DNA from: a virus
DNA: 64,000 nucleotides
IMG/VR virus record: IMGVR_UViG_3300009702_000026
Coordinates: 1,718 to 65,717 of that record
Direction: 5' to 3' (one strand)
Below, in pieces: positions 18,356 to 26,689 of this stretch. Each line of letters begins with the position of its first letter. Position 1 is the first letter of the stretch. A program made the position numbers and the translations under genes. The notes under the pieces were generated by a model. That model was not told the origin of the DNA, searched no databases, and saw nothing but the letters and a program-made list of their open reading frames with translations.

Positions 18356-19068
18356 CCGACCAAGAAACCCCGGACCTCCTCAAGATGATCGAAGCTCTCC
18401 GCGCTGCGGGCGTTCCGATCCCCGACGACGCCAACCCTGTCCAGCTCCTCACAGCCCTGCTCGCGGCAAAGGCCGAGCAGAAGGGGGAGGACTCCTGGAC
18501 TCACTGGGAGGGCTTCCCCAGCCTCCTCGGGGATGACTTCCCGATCGTCCTCCTCGATGACATGATGAAGAACGAGTACCTCCCCAAGTTCCGACGCAAT
18601 CTCTTGGAGCACGGGTCGTTGCAGCCCGTCGGCTTCGTCTTCGCCCGGCACGCCCCTTACAGCCCCACCCGGAGGGTGAAGCTGGGGCAGGCCCGTCACA
18701 TCATCCTCGGGGCCCAGGGGTCCTTTGAGCCGGAAGAGAAGCAGAAGTTCGCGCACGCCCTGAAGCTGCTCGCATGGAAGACCGACGCGGCGGCCGTGGT
18801 CTTTGGATGCGAGGCCTGGATGTTGAAGCGCGTCGAGGCCGAAATGGCTGAGGAGTATGAGGGCCGCCTCGACGAGCACCCTAATCGCATCGAGGTGATC
18901 ATGGTCCACTACGAGCGCGAGCGTGAGTGTGCCTACTACACCGCGCAGATCCATCGAGACGGGGAGGGCAACATCGACCACCTAGACGACTGGGAGTGCC
19001 AACCAGAGGCCTCGCAGGCTACGGGCCGTTTCACCCACTTCATGCTCCAGAACGAGGTGCGACCGTGA
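18352..19068 (+). CDS. conserved phage hypothetical protein
   Basis: 238 aa, AVVFGCEAW...HPNRIEVI motif, coupled to the MoxR gene. Confidence 0.7.
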   Translation: MTDQETPDLLKMIEALRAAGVPIPDDANPVQLLTALLAAKAEQKGEDSWTHWEGFPSLLGDDFPIVLLDDMMKNEYLPKFRRNLLEHGSLQPVGFVFARHAPYSPTRRVKLGQARHIILGAQGSFEPEEKQKFAHALKLLAWKTDAAAVVFGCEAWMLKRVEAEMAEEYEGRLDEHPNRIEVIMVHYERERECAYYTAQIHRDGEGNIDHLDDWECQPEASQATGRFTHFMLQNEVRP

Positions 19069-19886
19069 TCACCATCGAACGGCTCCAGGCGGAGGACTTC
19101 ACGCCCGACACCTCCCTGACCTACATCGACACGAACCAGCTCTATCCGATCTTCGACAAGCTCGCGTTCCGGGCGAACGTCATCCTGGTTGGACCGAAGG
19201 GCATCGCGAAGACGCTCAGCATCGCCTCATGGGCTGCGCAGCGTAGTTGCCCGATCCTCACGTTCGACTGCTCGGAGGACGTGCGGCGTAGCCACCTGAT
19301 CGGGAACTACATCTTGCGCGGGGACGAGACGCCGTTCGTGCTCGGACCCCTGACCACGGCGATCGAGATCGCGAACGAGCGGGGGGAGTGCATCCTCTGC
19401 CTTGAGGAGATCAACGCCCTGACACCGCAGATGCAGAAGGTGCTCAACCCCCTCGGCGACTTCCGGCGACGCATCGAGGTGCCGGAGTGCAGCAAGGTCT
19501 TCCGCCTGCGTGAGGACGCGCGGCTCTGGCTCTGCGGCACGATGAACACTTCGGTCTACGGGGGCGTGTACGAGTTGAACGAGGACCTCAAGAGCCGCTT
19601 CCGAATGGTCCCTCTCAACTACCCGACCAAGAAAGCTGAGGAGGCGATCATCGCGGAGGTCGTAAAGGCCTCGACGGTTCCGAAGGCGACCATCAAGTCG
19701 ATCCTCACGCTCGCGCACGAGACTCGGCAGAAGAGCCTCGACTACGCACTGTCCACGCGCGACGTGGTGCAGATCATCGAGGACATCGAGGCCTCGGACT
19801 TGGACACGGCGCTGCGCTTGGCGAGCGGCAAGTTCGAGGGCCAGGACCGGGACGTGTTCCTCAAGCGCGCGAAGTCGACCTTCTGA
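19065..19886 (+). CDS. MoxR/CbbQ/NirQ-type AAA+ ATPase
   Basis: GPKGIAKT Walker A, LCLEEINA Walker B, GTMN sensor, DLKSRF, STRDVVQ. Confidence 0.88.
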   Translation: MITIERLQAEDFTPDTSLTYIDTNQLYPIFDKLAFRANVILVGPKGIAKTLSIASWAAQRSCPILTFDCSEDVRRSHLIGNYILRGDETPFVLGPLTTAIEIANERGECILCLEEINALTPQMQKVLNPLGDFRRRIEVPECSKVFRLREDARLWLCGTMNTSVYGGVYELNEDLKSRFRMVPLNYPTKKAEEAIIAEVVKASTVPKATIKSILTLAHETRQKSLDYALSTRDVVQIIEDIEASDLDTALRLASGKFEGQDRDVFLKRAKSTF

Positions 19887-19887
19887 G

Positions 19888-21813
19888 ATGGCAGGCGCGT
19901 CCGAGAAGGCGCTGGCCTACAAGACGGTAGAGATCTTCGCGGGCATCACCGGCCGAAAGCTCTACTTGAAGGACGGGTCAGTCCCCAAGACGAACGGGTG
20001 GGTCATCGAGGTCCCCATGAGGGACCCCGACATGTACACCCTCGTGGAGCACGAAATCAGTCACCCGCTGTTCGGCTCCGATCCCACTGCCAAGGCGCTC
20101 TTCGTCGAGGAGTACTCCAGGAAGATTACCCTCGTGGCTGCGCGGCGCGAAGTCCACCTCAATCGTCGATCGCTGCGAGTCGCACTCAACCTCTTCGTGG
20201 GCATCCTCGAAGACGAGCGGGTGATCTCCCTCTGGGGCTTGCTCTACCGCGGCTCCGAGCGACGCCTTCGCGAGATGGCAGCGACGGACACGGAGACGCA
20301 GCTCCCGCACGCACACGAGAACCTAGTCAGCCAGTTCGCGGCAATCGCGGGGGGCCACGACCCGGGAGAGGGCAAGCTCCGGCGATTCGAGCCCTACTTC
20401 CGGGAGGCTCTTCGCAAGGTCCACCTGCGGGACTTCACGGCGACGCTGATCACGGCCAAGTGGCTGGTCACGATGCTTGTGTCGGAAGTCATTCGGCAGA
20501 GCCGGGGCGAACCGCCGCCCAAGGACGGCGACTCCTTCGACGGTGCGAGCCCGGCACCGGGCCTGGGGCCCCCTGAGAGCGGCTCTGAGGGCTCCCAGGC
20601 TCTATCAGACCCGGATACCGCTCAGGAGGACGAGGACGGCCCTGGAGGCCACGGAGAGGGTCCCTGGCAGCCTCCCGAGGTGAAGGCCAGCGCGGATGAG
20701 CGCACAGAGGCCCTCCAGAGCATGGTGGACCAGCTCGGAGCAGCCCCGCGCCAGCTCCGTGAGCGCTTCGATGACTTCGAGGAATCCAAGTACAAGAACC
20801 GGTGGGCGGAGCAGGAAGCAAAGCGCAAGGCGAAGCGTGCGATGGACGCCTCGGTCAAGGATGGAGACCAGCTCGAACGCAAGCTCGAACAGTCCCGCGC
20901 GAAGATGCGGGAGATCATCCATCGGGTGCGCACGGCGACCGCCAACGTCGAGATCCAAGACGACCGCATTCGGCGCGAAGCCTTCGCCAAGGTGACCTTC
21001 ACTGACATCCGGCCTGAAGACATCACGACGGAGGTCCGCATGTCGGTCGAGGATGAGGACACGGTGCGGCGACTGTGCGCGATGTTCATCCGCGTCATGG
21101 GCCGGAGGAAATCGGTGCTCGATCACCAGGGCATGGCGATCGACATACCGGCTTACATCGAGCGCCGACTGACCCACACCGCGCTGCCCGTTTTCAAGTC
21201 GGAGGGCTCCGGTCGGGGCTTCAAGGCGCTCGTCCTGATCGACCGCAGCTCCTCGATGTCGGGGGCTCGCACGAAGCAGGCGGAGCGAGCTTGTCGAATC
21301 GTCTCCCGTGCGCTCGACTTCCCGTTCGTCGAGACCTGCATCTGGGGGTTTCAGGGCCTTGGCAGAAACGAAGTCGGAATCACCCGCTTCGAGAAGGGGG
21401 TCGAGGTCTTCGACACGTCGAAGAGCCGCGTGAAGGGGTTCACGCCACTGCACATCGCCATGCGTGTGGCTGCGAACTTCCTCCAAGAGGGGAACGAGGT
21501 GAAGCAGCTCATCGTGATCTCCGACGGCTTCCCGACCCACGTCTCGACCCGAGGGCTGTCCAGCACCAAGGCCCTGATCAACTTCGTGCGCACGGAGGTG
21601 TACCGTGCGCGAAGGCTGGGCATCCATGTCACCGGCGTCATGATCGGTACGGACTCGGCTCGGGGAGGGGTGAGAGGCGAGGTCTCTCCAGCCATGATGC
21701 GTAGGATGTTCGGAGGGACGAGGTACTGGCGCCTCATGGGAGGGCGCAATCTCAATCAAGGGCTCGTGCAGCTCGTCTCGCAGTCCTTCGTGGACTATCT
21801 GAGATCGCCATGA
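19888..21813 (+). CDS. VWA-domain protein (CobT/NorD-like) with N-terminal HExxH motif
   Basis: HEISH near N-terminus; MIDAS DRSSS, FTPLH, ISDG; adjacent to MoxR ATPase. Confidence 0.85.
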   Translation: MAGASEKALAYKTVEIFAGITGRKLYLKDGSVPKTNGWVIEVPMRDPDMYTLVEHEISHPLFGSDPTAKALFVEEYSRKITLVAARREVHLNRRSLRVALNLFVGILEDERVISLWGLLYRGSERRLREMAATDTETQLPHAHENLVSQFAAIAGGHDPGEGKLRRFEPYFREALRKVHLRDFTATLITAKWLVTMLVSEVIRQSRGEPPPKDGDSFDGASPAPGLGPPESGSEGSQALSDPDTAQEDEDGPGGHGEGPWQPPEVKASADERTEALQSMVDQLGAAPRQLRERFDDFEESKYKNRWAEQEAKRKAKRAMDASVKDGDQLERKLEQSRAKMREIIHRVRTATANVEIQDDRIRREAFAKVTFTDIRPEDITTEVRMSVEDEDTVRRLCAMFIRVMGRRKSVLDHQGMAIDIPAYIERRLTHTALPVFKSEGSGRGFKALVLIDRSSSMSGARTKQAERACRIVSRALDFPFVETCIWGFQGLGRNEVGITRFEKGVEVFDTSKSRVKGFTPLHIAMRVAANFLQEGNEVKQLIVISDGFPTHVSTRGLSSTKALINFVRTEVYRARRLGIHVTGVMIGTDSARGGVRGEVSPAMMRRMFGGTRYWRLMGGRNLNQGLVQLVSQSFVDYLRSP

Positions 21814-22295
21814 GTGGCAGGCGTGCGGCCCGGCCGCTCGTTTACGAGGGGCCGAAGGGGTTGTGCGGTTGCTGCGATCGGAAGACGGAGATCGCCATCG
21901 GCTCCACCGGGGGTGAGCCCTCCTTGGCAACGTGGATAGTCGCGGAGGAAACCCTGCGAGTCGTCTACTCGGGCATAGGCCCCCTCATCCGCTCGAAGCA
22001 GACCAAGGACGGGCGGACCCGCTACTACCTCTACGACCCTCAGGCGTTCATGACCGGGCGCCCGATCCGAAGGAACAAGCTCTACTTCGTCGAAGGCGAC
22101 GAGGGCAGCATCGCAGGACCGTTTGGCCCAGAAGGGCTCAAGGTCTTCTTCGGTCAGGTCGGCCGTGACGACCAACGCATCTACGTGGTCTCGACAACCC
22201 ATCGAAGCCTCAGCATCATTCGCAACTCCCCCCTCCAGCACTCGACTACCGAGGCGCTGGACGCCGTGGAGGGGGACGGAGAGGACCTGTACTGA
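21810..22295 (+). CDS. hypothetical protein
   Basis: 161 aa, ATGA coupling. Confidence 0.65.
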   Translation: MSGRRAARPLVYEGPKGLCGCCDRKTEIAIGSTGGEPSLATWIVAEETLRVVYSGIGPLIRSKQTKDGRTRYYLYDPQAFMTGRPIRRNKLYFVEGDEGSIAGPFGPEGLKVFFGQVGRDDQRIYVVSTTHRSLSIIRNSPLQHSTTEALDAVEGDGEDLY

Positions 22296-22435
22296 TGAGC
22301 CTTTGGGAATACACAAGAGTCGCGCTGCCGGCGCTCGCAGGGGCGTTCGTCGCGACGTTCGTGCTGGTCGAGGTCCTCAACGGGGTCTGGTACGTGGTGA
22401 AGCGCCTGCGACCACGTGGTCGTGACGAGGGGTAG
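22295..22435 (+). CDS. small single-pass membrane protein (46 aa)
   Basis: TGATG coupling; MSLWEYTRVALPALAGAFVATFVLVEVLNGVWYVVKRLRPRGRDEG (translated by hand). Confidence 0.55.
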   Translation: MSLWEYTRVALPALAGAFVATFVLVEVLNGVWYVVKRLRPRGRDEG

Positions 22436-22476
22436 GGGGCTGGTCAGACCTGGAGCCCCGCTCTACGGAAACTCAT

Positions 22477-23058
22477 ATGGGAGACAGGTTCAGCCTCACT
22501 GACGAAGAGTTCCGCAAACGCTACCCCGCGCTCTGGAAGCGGCATGAGCGGAAGAACGCCTCCAAGCCGCCCCCGCCGCCGACACGAGTCGAGAAAGCGG
22601 TCGTCGCTCGAAAGAGGAACCGCTCGAAGGTCGAGCGCCATGGGTGCCGATGGACCGAGGAAGAGGATCACTACCTCTGGAAGCACTGGGGTGTGCGCAG
22701 TTTGGAGGTCATGGGTCGAGAGTTGGGTCGATCCGGTAGGGCCCTTTACGAGCGAGCGCGGGATCTCGATCTGCGCATTGAACGCGAAGACATGTCCCTC
22801 TCCGCTTTTGCAAAGTACTCAGGCTTCGACCGATCGAAGGTCCGCAACGCCTGTACGGTGCTAGGGCTCAAACTCAGGCGCGGAACAAGGGCCCGTAAAT
22901 GGAAGAAGTCCGCCTCCAGGAAGGCCTCCGGATCAAGTCGAACGACCAACCGTTTGTTCGTCCCGATCGACATCCAAGAAGAGCTGCTCGCGTTCCTCCT
23001 GGAGAACGCTGAGAAGCGTATTCAGGTACGGCGCCGGACGCGCTCGAAACCGCCTTGA
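22477..23058 (+). CDS. Myb/HTH-like DNA-binding protein
   Basis: RWTEEEDHYLWKHWG...MGRELGRS Myb-like repeat plus second HTH-like segment. Confidence 0.65.
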   Translation: MGDRFSLTDEEFRKRYPALWKRHERKNASKPPPPPTRVEKAVVARKRNRSKVERHGCRWTEEEDHYLWKHWGVRSLEVMGRELGRSGRALYERARDLDLRIEREDMSLSAFAKYSGFDRSKVRNACTVLGLKLRRGTRARKWKKSASRKASGSSRTTNRLFVPIDIQEELLAFLLENAEKRIQVRRRTRSKPP

Positions 23059-23121
23059 CTATCCCTCGCTATGTGAGAAGGTGGACGCCTGCTTCAGCCC
23101 TGCGAGGCTGATGGAAGGAGG
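23055..23121 (+). promoter_or_regulatory. promoter-like element + hairpin + SD
   Basis: TTGACTATCCC.CGCTA resembles 7301 element; hairpin TCAGCC/GGCTGA 23094-23111; AAGGAGG 23115-23121; -10 box weak. Confidence 0.55.
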
Positions 23122-23131
23122 ACGGGAATCG

Positions 23132-23419
23132 ATGAAGCTGATCGTGTTGAGCGAGTCGGAGTTCAAGGACATCCGACACTTCGTCGAGACCGGACGGCGC
23201 CTTGAAGATCTTCACGCCACCGACGCTTGGGTAGAGAAAGCTCTGGAGCGATGCGCATCGGAGATCGCGGAACTGGAGGACCGAATCGACATCTTCCAGG
23301 AGACCGCTGAGACGTGCGTGAACGCTCGTTCTGCGGGGCTGAAGATCTACAGGGCGTGGCGCAAGGGCGAGCTGACCAACGACATGATGAAGGCGTTCGG
23401 GAAGGTGTTGCGCTCGTGA
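23132..23419 (+). CDS. hypothetical protein
   Basis: SD-supported ATG 23132. Confidence 0.7.
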   Translation: MKLIVLSESEFKDIRHFVETGRRLEDLHATDAWVEKALERCASEIAELEDRIDIFQETAETCVNARSAGLKIYRAWRKGELTNDMMKAFGKVLRS

Positions 23420-23516
23420 CCGATCCGAGTAAGGCTCCGGGCTCATACCACATAGCCGCTCGGATCTCGTTTGCGCCCTCGCGCTCGATCCTGGGACCGG
23501 CCTATAGGAGGTTCGT

Positions 23517-24527
23517 ATGAGACCTGTCGCCGTTGCGATCGCCGCGCTTCTCTGCGCGTGTCAGCCCATCGAGTCAGCCGACCCCGTTGAGTCCGAGTTC
23601 CTGCCCGAGTCCGGGAGTCCGCGCGACGGGTCTCCCAACGAGGACGAAAACTTCCTCACCGAAGAGGCCGAAGCCGGAGAGCCCCTTCCCGCGGCTGCGA
23701 CCATCCCGGCCAACATCGCTGCGAGCACTGCCGGCGCCCGGCGCACCCAACGCCTTCGCGAGGGTCGTCTCCCAGTTCCTACCGATCGGGACGAGCTGCG
23801 AGCGCGCACCATCGAGGCGTTACTCCGTGTTGCGATCAGCGAGGAGGGCTGGGCGAACGAGATCGGCATGAAGGCGATATGGCAGGTGGCCCGGGCTACC
23901 CGCGGTTGCCTCGACGAGAACAACGTCCACGTCTCCTGTCGTGACCCCCGTTCAACCCGTCGTCGGGCGCCTCCCCTTGCAGGCCTCTGGCGCAACTCCC
24001 CGAGAGCGACTGGAAATCTCCCGCCCGTGGGTCGCCGTGGGGCGTGGGTCCGTTCGATCACTGTCGACTGCGAGCAGCCCACCGAGTGGCCCAAGCGAAC
24101 GCGCCGAGGGTCCCCCTACGCGCAGTGGGTCAGCTACCAGGGCCACTGCGAGGACCTGGTGCGAGCCGCCGAGGCGATCGTGGATGGCAAGGACCACATC
24201 CAGGCGTGCCCTTCAGGTTCGCGCCCGATCGCGTGGGGATGCGATCCCGAGCGCCGACGAGCCATCCGCGAGGTGCTCGGCCGCAACCGCCCGGTCAACG
24301 GCTGCAACGACTCCCCGATCGCGAGGCGTCGTCAACTCCAGCGGCTCGACTGCGGGGAGACGGAGAACGCCTACTGGTGCCGACCGGGGACTCCCCACTG
24401 CGGCACCCTACCAGCGTCGGAACGAGCGCTTCGGAGCCTCGACCCTGAGGAGGGGGGCAGCGAAGATCGTGCGGAGGGCGAAAACTCCACGGATACGGGC
24501 TTGACTCAGGAGGTCATGTCGTCGTAA
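23517..24527 (+). CDS. Cys-rich lipoprotein, possible SleB-like cell-wall hydrolase
   Basis: Signal peptide with lipobox LCAC; LLRVAISEEG...MKAIWQVARA resembles the SleB/hydrolase_2 N-terminal helix pair. Confidence 0.55.
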   Translation: MRPVAVAIAALLCACQPIESADPVESEFLPESGSPRDGSPNEDENFLTEEAEAGEPLPAAATIPANIAASTAGARRTQRLREGRLPVPTDRDELRARTIEALLRVAISEEGWANEIGMKAIWQVARATRGCLDENNVHVSCRDPRSTRRRAPPLAGLWRNSPRATGNLPPVGRRGAWVRSITVDCEQPTEWPKRTRRGSPYAQWVSYQGHCEDLVRAAEAIVDGKDHIQACPSGSRPIAWGCDPERRRAIREVLGRNRPVNGCNDSPIARRRQLQRLDCGETENAYWCRPGTPHCGTLPASERALRSLDPEEGGSEDRAEGENSTDTGLTQEVMSS

Positions 24528-24530
24528 CAA
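24501..24530 (+). promoter_or_regulatory. sigma70-like promoter for the replication operon
   Basis: TTGACT(24501)-18-TAACAA(24525). Confidence 0.45.
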
Positions 24531-24552
24531 CATCGTCCATCCAGTTCGACCA

Positions 24553-24784
24553 GGTGCCCACCCCCGGCGAACCGAAGACTCTCAACATGCGTCATTTACT
24601 GTGCTACGATTCTGACCTCACGGGCCTTCTAGGGGTTCCGGTACGAGGACCTGAGAGCTTGGCCTAAGGGCCTGCCCGCCAAGGAGATCGACGTCACAGC
24701 GTCGGTCACCGCATGTTGGGAGTCCTCGATTCACCGGGTGGGCACCCCTAGAAGGCCCGCTCTTTATGCGGGCCGGGAGGCCCG
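24553..24784 (+). ncRNA. putative structured RNA / leader upstream of the replication initiator
   Basis: Long-range complementarity: 24553-24563 with 24736-24746, 24577-24591 with 24710-24724, 24599-24603 with 24695-24699, and a crossing 14-bp pair 24622-24635 with 24745-24758. Confidence 0.5.
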
Positions 24785-26034
24785 TATTGAAACCGTCTGA
24801 CGAGAAAACTCGAAGCGAGCGCCAGCGCTTCATCAACCCCTGGCGCCGGTACGTCGGATCGTTCGTTCCGAACTGGTTGCTGTGCCGCCACGAGGTATCC
24901 GCACAGGCGAAGTTGCTCTACGCCCGCCTCGCTCAGTACGCGGGGCAGAAGGGCGTCGCATACCCCCGGCAAGACACCCTCGCCCGAGAGCTGGGCAGTC
25001 TCTCGGAGCGCACTGTGAGGCGCTACGTGGCTGAGCTGCGCGAGCACGGGCTCATTCACGTCGAAGACCGGCGGAACAAGAACTTCCCCAACAAGTACAA
25101 GTTTTTGGACCATCCCTGGCAGCACGAGGGCGATGTCATCGATGACGATGAATCACCGATGAGTCCCCCGGATGAGCACAGGACAGAACTGTCCTCAGGT
25201 ACAGGGGGACCACAGGACAAGGTTGTCCTATCCGGACAGGACAAGGTTGTCCTCTCTAGAAGAGACTCACTAGAAGAGAATAACTCACAAGAAGAGAATC
25301 ACACTGCCGGAGCTACCCGCTCCGGCCGTATTCGGGCGAGAAAACCCCCGAAGCCTCCTCCGCGCCCGAAGGTCTTCGAGGACACTCCCTCCCTCGGGAG
25401 TGAAGGAGAGGACTCCTCGGGCGAAGACCCAGGAGAAGGGGCCGCAAAACCGGCCGCTCGTCCGAAAGCTCGGAGGCGCCTGACGAAGTCCCAGAAGATC
25501 GCTGAGGAAGCCGCGGAGAGGGCCAAGGCGCAGGTCTCGGCCAACACGCAGAAGCGCTTGAAGGCTGCGGAGGTGCAGGAGCAGCGGCAGAAGAACCTGG
25601 CAAGCAAGGGTCCGAGGGATCCGGGAGTGCGGGCCTTGGAACAGCTCTGGTACGAGCTGATGGAGAGGGACCTACCATCGTTGACTATCGCCCGCTGGGG
25701 CGGGAAGGAGCGCGGTCAAGCCCGGAAGTTGCAGGACAAATACGGCGTGCAGATCGCTCTCGATGCGCTACGCTATGTGGTAGCAAACTGGAACGGAATC
25801 AACGAGCGGATCTTCAAAGGGCGGGCGAGCCACCCCACGATCGGGATGGTTTTGAAGCTCCACGAGACGCTGGTCATCGAGGCGCAGAAGTGGTCACAGC
25901 ACGAGCAAACGATCTCCGAATGGGAGGCCTGGACTAGGGAGAACCCCTACTCGCTAAACGCACCTGGAGATCTCGATGAGAGGTATCAGCGGGCGATGAA
26001 GGAGCTAGAGGCCCTCGGAATCGTAGGGTCCTGA
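24766..26034 (+). CDS. replication initiator protein (N-terminal winged HTH, lambda O-like architecture)
   Basis: AKLLYARL...AYPRQDTLARELGSLSERTVRRYVAELREHGLI HTH; followed by DnaC-like, DnaB, DnaG; alternative TTG start 24787 with GGGAGG SD. Confidence 0.8.
   Translation: MRAGRPVLKPSDEKTRSERQRFINPWRRYVGSFVPNWLLCRHEVSAQAKLLYARLAQYAGQKGVAYPRQDTLARELGSLSERTVRRYVAELREHGLIHVEDRRNKNFPNKYKFLDHPWQHEGDVIDDDESPMSPPDEHRTELSSGTGGPQDKVVLSGQDKVVLSRRDSLEENNSQEENHTAGATRSGRIRARKPPKPPPRPKVFEDTPSLGSEGEDSSGEDPGEGAAKPAARPKARRRLTKSQKIAEEAAERAKAQVSANTQKRLKAAEVQEQRQKNLASKGPRDPGVRALEQLWYELMERDLPSLTIARWGGKERGQARKLQDKYGVQIALDALRYVVANWNGINERIFKGRASHPTIGMVLKLHETLVIEAQKWSQHEQTISEWEAWTRENPYSLNAPGDLDERYQRAMKELEALGIVGS
25178..25253. 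repeat. three palindromic iteron-like repeats (putative origin) inside the initiator gene
   Basis: ACAGGACA-N4-TGTCCT at 25178-25195, 25212-25229, 25236-25253, followed by an A/G-rich lower-GC tract 25256-25300. Confidence 0.7.
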
Positions 26035-26052
26035 TGCTTGAAGGATGCGAAA

Positions 26053-26670
26053 ATGAGTACGGCGATGTTCAAACGGAAGCTCGATGCGGAGGACCTGAGG
26101 CGGATGAACCTGCCGGAGGAGTTCTGGCGCACCCGCGTGGACCAAGCTCCCGAGGCTGTCCGCCCGGCTGTTGCCCGGTATCTGCGGCGAATCGACCAGA
26201 TGGCCCAGCAAGGGGTGGGGCTGTTCGTCACGGGCAAGAGCGGGGTGGGCAAGAGCGCCATCGCGGCGTTGGTCGTGAAGGAGGCACGGTCGCGCGGCTA
26301 CACGGCCTACTACACTTCGTTCTGGGAGCTGCGGGAGATGGTCCGATCGAAGATCATGTTCGACGACGAGACCTCGATGCTGGGACGCTGTCAGCGGGTG
26401 GATGTCCTGGTGCTGGACGGGATGCGCGAGGAGGACGCTCAGGAGAAGTGGTTCGGGCTCAAGGAGGCTGCGGAGCTGGTTCGCTATCGGGGGAACAAGC
26501 ACCTCGTGACGCTCATCACGACTCAGCTCGGGTTCAAGGAGCTGAAGCGCTTCCCCTTCCGGAGTTTGCTCGATGCCAGTCAGGGGCACCTGGTCCAGTT
26601 CCCAGTCGAGGGGCCGAATCGGCACGAGCAGCGGCAGAACAACCTACGTCGCGCCGTCTTCGGCGACTGA
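26053..26670 (+). CDS. DnaC/IstB-like helicase-loader ATPase
   Basis: GLFVTGKSGVGKS Walker A, DVLVLDG Walker B, LITTQL. Confidence 0.85.
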   Translation: MSTAMFKRKLDAEDLRRMNLPEEFWRTRVDQAPEAVRPAVARYLRRIDQMAQQGVGLFVTGKSGVGKSAIAALVVKEARSRGYTAYYTSFWELREMVRSKIMFDDETSMLGRCQRVDVLVLDGMREEDAQEKWFGLKEAAELVRYRGNKHLVTLITTQLGFKELKRFPFRSLLDASQGHLVQFPVEGPNRHEQRQNNLRRAVFGD

Positions 26671-26689
26671 CCGATCGAGGGGCTGAGGC

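Noticed and set aside
24553-24760. tmRNA, RNase P, SRP RNA or tRNA identity for the structured gap
   Set aside because: I could not find their signature sequences (tRNA-like acceptor/T-arm ends, GAGGAAAGUCC, SRP helix-8 motif).
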